From a virus: a stretch of DNA of 6,709 nt. Positions 3,889 to 6,709 of this stretch are shown in pieces (the first letter of the stretch is position 1; each line of letters opens with the position of its first letter). The position numbers and the translations under genes were made by a program. Below the pieces are notes generated by a model. It ran no database searches, had not been told where the DNA came from, and saw only the letters and a program-made list of their open reading frames with translations. Location of the stretch: positions 1-6,709 of IMG/VR virus record IMGVR_UViG_3300045988_000012; one strand, given 5' to 3'.

Positions 3889-5442
3889 ATGGCTCTCTTT
3901 CCTCGTTGTAATAATCCTGTGCCTGTTGTTGGTCGTCATGGATTGACACTTGTTGGTTGTCATTCCTGCATACAATGTCGTGTCGCTGCCCAGGAACATC
4001 TTTGTAAGATATTAGAGGTAGAAGCATCTAAACATAAATATGTTGAATTTATAACTAATACGTATGACGATATGCATCTCCCCTATATTGATACTTCCTA
4101 CATGTATCCCTTTGGTTATGCTTTGCGTATTCCTAATCGGGTTATTAAGAAGTATAATAGAAAAACTAAAAGTTTCTACTTTGTAGAGGATAAGATATCT
4201 AAATCGTTTCAACTTACGGATTTCTCTACTATTGATACCGCTTCATTGCTGCATGATTATTATGCACGTATTGATAAATATTATAGTAGATTCCCTTCTC
4301 GTTCCCGTGGTATTCGCAATAACTCTGTTATTCCTATACTGTGGTATGATGATATTAGAAAATATATAGGTCGTTTAAGAAAATGGTTTTTAAAACATTA
4401 TGGTGAAAAAATTCGCTACTACGTTATATGCGAGTACGGCACTCAGTCCTTCCGTCCGCATTATCATATCCTATTATTCCACGATTCGCCTAGAGCGAGA
4501 TCAGATTTTAGGATTGTTCGATCTTTGCCCCAATCAACCCAAGAAAATCCCAGAGAGATTTGTGTTAAACTCGATTTGGCTCAATTATGGGTCCTTGGTG
4601 ATTCGACTACAAAGGTTACAGACGGCAACATGCAAGAATATGTTAGTAAGTATCTTACACAACATTCTGACTTCCCTAGAGTGCTTGATAAGTTTCCACA
4701 AAGGAGTTTTCACTCAATCCTATTGGGATCAAAGGACAGAGATGAGGTTAGAGAATTACTCAAGGCTAGAGATTTCGAAACACTTACAACAGATTATGTT
4801 GTTAACAAAAAAGGTGTCCGACGTCCTATTTCCATGTCCGATGCGTATTACTCTCAATTTGCCGTTAAATTTACAGGAGCTTCCTGTTTTAATGTTGCAG
4901 AAACTTCTACCCTATTTCGTTCGGTTGTATACGTTGCCCGCCGATTCTTCGCATCTCAAGGTGAGATCTACAATGACGGACAAGTCAGAGAGTTTTTAAT
5001 GTGGTTGTTAAAACCTTCCACATCTGAGCTATATAAATATAATTATCAGTTTCGGGCTGTTCACTGGTATGCTGTTACTTTTGCTAAGCCTATCTATAAT
5101 AGTTCCGATTCTGTCAACCCTTTAAAATCGTTGCTTTATGCTGCTCATCATCACTATTCGTTATCCGACTATCTCGGTTTAGATTTTTATGAATGTCTTA
5201 AGTTACGTTTTGACTTCATATCTTGGAATGATTATCAAAATATGGTTCAGTATTTCCATAATTTGGAAGATGACAAACTATTAGCTTATGAAAATTATGC
5301 TAGCTTGTCTCCATATACTGGTACATATGATTTTAATATTTTAAAAACTCGGTCTATTTTTCAGAAGCAAGTTCAGCAGGCTAATATGGCTTTTGTTGAA
5401 AATATTAAGCACCGTGATGTTGTTGATTCATATAAAAATTAA
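3889..5442 (+). CDS. VP4: Replication initiation protein VP4 (HUH rolling-circle endonuclease, phiX174 A-like)
   Basis: 517 aa. The N-terminal Cys cluster is C7-x16-C24-x2-C27-x2-C30 (CNNPVPVV...GCHSCIQCR). Motif 1 is EFITNTYD. The HUH motif is RPHYHILLF (CAT TAT CAT at 4459-4467). The catalytic Tyr motif is EYVSKYL (TAT 4639-4641 and 4651-4653). This is the arrangement typical of Microviridae VP4/A proteins. Confidence 0.92.
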   Translation: MALFPRCNNPVPVVGRHGLTLVGCHSCIQCRVAAQEHLCKILEVEASKHKYVEFITNTYDDMHLPYIDTSYMYPFGYALRIPNRVIKKYNRKTKSFYFVEDKISKSFQLTDFSTIDTASLLHDYYARIDKYYSRFPSRSRGIRNNSVIPILWYDDIRKYIGRLRKWFLKHYGEKIRYYVICEYGTQSFRPHYHILLFHDSPRARSDFRIVRSLPQSTQENPREICVKLDLAQLWVLGDSTTKVTDGNMQEYVSKYLTQHSDFPRVLDKFPQRSFHSILLGSKDRDEVRELLKARDFETLTTDYVVNKKGVRRPISMSDAYYSQFAVKFTGASCFNVAETSTLFRSVVYVARRFFASQGEIYNDGQVREFLMWLLKPSTSELYKYNYQFRAVHWYAVTFAKPIYNSSDSVNPLKSLLYAAHHHYSLSDYLGLDFYECLKLRFDFISWNDYQNMVQYFHNLEDDKLLAYENYASLSPYTGTYDFNILKTRSIFQKQVQQANMAFVENIKHRDVVDSYKN

Positions 5443-5447
5443 TTATT

Positions 5448-6709
5448 ATGGCTAATAAAGTTTTAGGTATGCATCGCCTTAAGAATAAGGTAAATCGTAA
5501 TGCTTTCGATTTGTCTCATCGCCACATGTTTACTGCTCAAGTTGGCGAATTGCTGCCTGTTTTTACTCAGTGGGTTAATCCTAATGAGACTTTTAAAATT
5601 GGGTATAATGGTAAAACTCGTACCGCTGCCCTTAACTCTGATGCGTTTACTCGTATTCGTGAAAATATTCAGTACTATTTTGTTCCTTTCCAGTCTCTTT
5701 GGAAGTATTTTGAGCAGCAAGTTACTAACATGACTAAAGGTGATGCTGGGCAGAATATTTCTAAGTTTGCTAGTAGTTCTACAGATGCATCTAAGCTTTC
5801 TACTGCTTTGCCTTATATTTCTTATGTTGATTTGGGTACTTGGTTATCTTATATGGTTAACCATGCACTTTCTGCTGTATCAACTTATTTTCGTGCTAAG
5901 CCTTCTTTAGAAGACCGTTCTGCTGTTGATTTTGCTCAGTATTGCTCTTTAAGTCAAACTAACAGTGATATTTTTGTTTGTGACGGTTATCGTTATTGTC
6001 GTGCTGCTAAATTGCTTATGGCTTTGGGTTATGGTAATTTTGATTCAGTTATTCAGTATGATATTTATGCTATGGCTGAGCGTTTTGTTGCTGATGGTAA
6101 TGAGTGGGATACACTCTCTTTCCAGGGTTCAGATTATTTCCTCAAATTCTCTTTGTATGAGTCTAATAGTATTTTGAATAGTCCTAATCTTTCGATTTTG
6201 CCTTTGTTGGCTTATCATAAGATTTGTAACGACCATTACAGAAATGAGAAATGGCAGCCTTTCGAACCTTGGACATGTAACATTGATTATTTGAGCCCTA
6301 CGGACAACATGAACGCTAAATCATTTATAGCCACTAGTACGTTTACTTCGTTGATGACTTGTCTCATTGATTTGGAAAATTCTAATCTTCCTCTCGATTA
6401 TTTTACATCTGTTCTTCCTCGAGCTCAATATGGTGATGAGTCTGCTGTTCCCATTGGTAGTAATGGTTCTAATGTCACTATGCGTCTCAGTGACCCTGCC
6501 GATAATACTATTGGTTTCATGTTTGGTGGTTCTTCTCACACCCCTAATGATACCCTTCGTAGGGATGATACTGACCCTGTACCTTATGATGGTTCCTATG
6601 TTTCCGGTGTTAAAACAGTGTCTACTGGTCTAGGTTTGGTTGGTTTGCATGGTAAATTAACTGGTACTTCTTCTTCTTCTTCTCTGAAAATCTCTGCTTT
6701 GCGTTCTGC
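5448..6709 (+). CDS. VP1: Major capsid protein VP1 (F-like), N-terminal part; open to the window end and continuing at position 1 (true gene 5448-6654 plus 1-854, 686 codons)
   Basis: ATG 5448 is the first ATG after the in-frame TAA 5433-5435 and lies 5 nt after the VP4 stop. I translated the whole stretch by hand and found no in-frame stop to 6709. The N-terminus MANKVLGMHRLKNKVNRNAFDLSHRHMFTAQVGELLPVFTQWVNPNETFKI carries the FDLSH...T...GEL.P signature of Microviridae capsid proteins. The ORF track omits it only because it lacks a stop inside the window. Confidence 0.9.
   Translation, partial: MANKVLGMHRLKNKVNRNAFDLSHRHMFTAQVGELLPVFTQWVNPNETFKIGYNGKTRTAALNSDAFTRIRENIQYYFVPFQSLWKYFEQQVTNMTKGDAGQNISKFASSSTDASKLSTALPYISYVDLGTWLSYMVNHALSAVSTYFRAKPSLEDRSAVDFAQYCSLSQTNSDIFVCDGYRYCRAAKLLMALGYGNFDSVIQYDIYAMAERFVADGNEWDTLSFQGSDYFLKFSLYESNSILNSPNLSILPLLAYHKICNDHYRNEKWQPFEPWTCNIDYLSPTDNMNAKSFIATSTFTSLMTCLIDLENSNLPLDYFTSVLPRAQYGDESAVPIGSNGSNVTMRLSDPADNTIGFMFGGSSHTPNDTLRRDDTDPVPYDGSYVSGVKTVSTGLGLVGLHGKLTGTSSSSSLKISALRS
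6655..6709. repeat. Terminal redundancy (second copy of 1-55)
   Basis: Exact 55-nt identity with 1-55. Confidence 0.95.
6669..6683 (+). repeat. (TCT)5 microsatellite encoding Ser5 in VP1 (also present at 15-29 in the duplicated end)
   Basis: ACT TCT TCT TCT TCT TCT CTG read in the VP1 frame (GTSSSSSL). It lies inside the terminal overlap. Confidence 0.9.

Noticed and set aside
1-6709. Search for tRNA, rRNA, CRISPR arrays, IS or transposase, integrase, and toxin-antitoxin or defence genes
   Set aside because: No cloverleaf-like or repeat-spacer structures and no ORFs of suitable size remain once the seven phage ORFs are placed. The genome has no room for them.

Overview
This window is one complete, circularly permuted genome of a small ssDNA phage of the family Microviridae, not bacterial chromosome. 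Bases 1-55 recur exactly at 6655-6709, so the real unit is a 6,654-nt circle that was linearised inside the major capsid gene. All credible genes are on the + strand and tightly packed. In order they are the VP4 replication initiator (3889-5442) and the VP1 major capsid (5448, through the junction, to 854; 686 codons). The first 1.26 kb of VP1 is absent from the supplied ORF track because it has no stop before the window end. Next come a 149-aa VP3-like protein (872-1321) and the VP2 pilot/minor capsid protein (1330-2784). A ~500-nt non-coding region (2785-3283) follows, holding a rho-independent terminator, a 66-nt compound hairpin, TAGTTAC iterons and a Bacteroides-type -33/-7 promoter. Three small unassignable ORFs (3284-3886) lead back into VP4. 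Genome, VP1 and VP4 sizes, the TTTG/TAnnTTTG promoter and the lack of Shine-Dalgarno sequences suggest an Alpavirinae-like microvirus of a Bacteroidota host (inference). Five observations stand out. (1) GATC is avoided genome-wide, enforced by synonymous codon choice. (2) The only four GATC sites sit in a ~575-nt codon-usage island covering the catalytic core of rep. (3) A 199-codon +1 ORF coincides with that island and may be an overprinted gene. (4) The first ORF after the promoter is a small signal-peptide/lipobox ORF, a lysis or exclusion candidate. (5) A hairpin with G-T wobbles folds better in the viral strand, making it a complementary-strand origin candidate. No tRNA, rRNA, CRISPR, transposase or integrase was seen.
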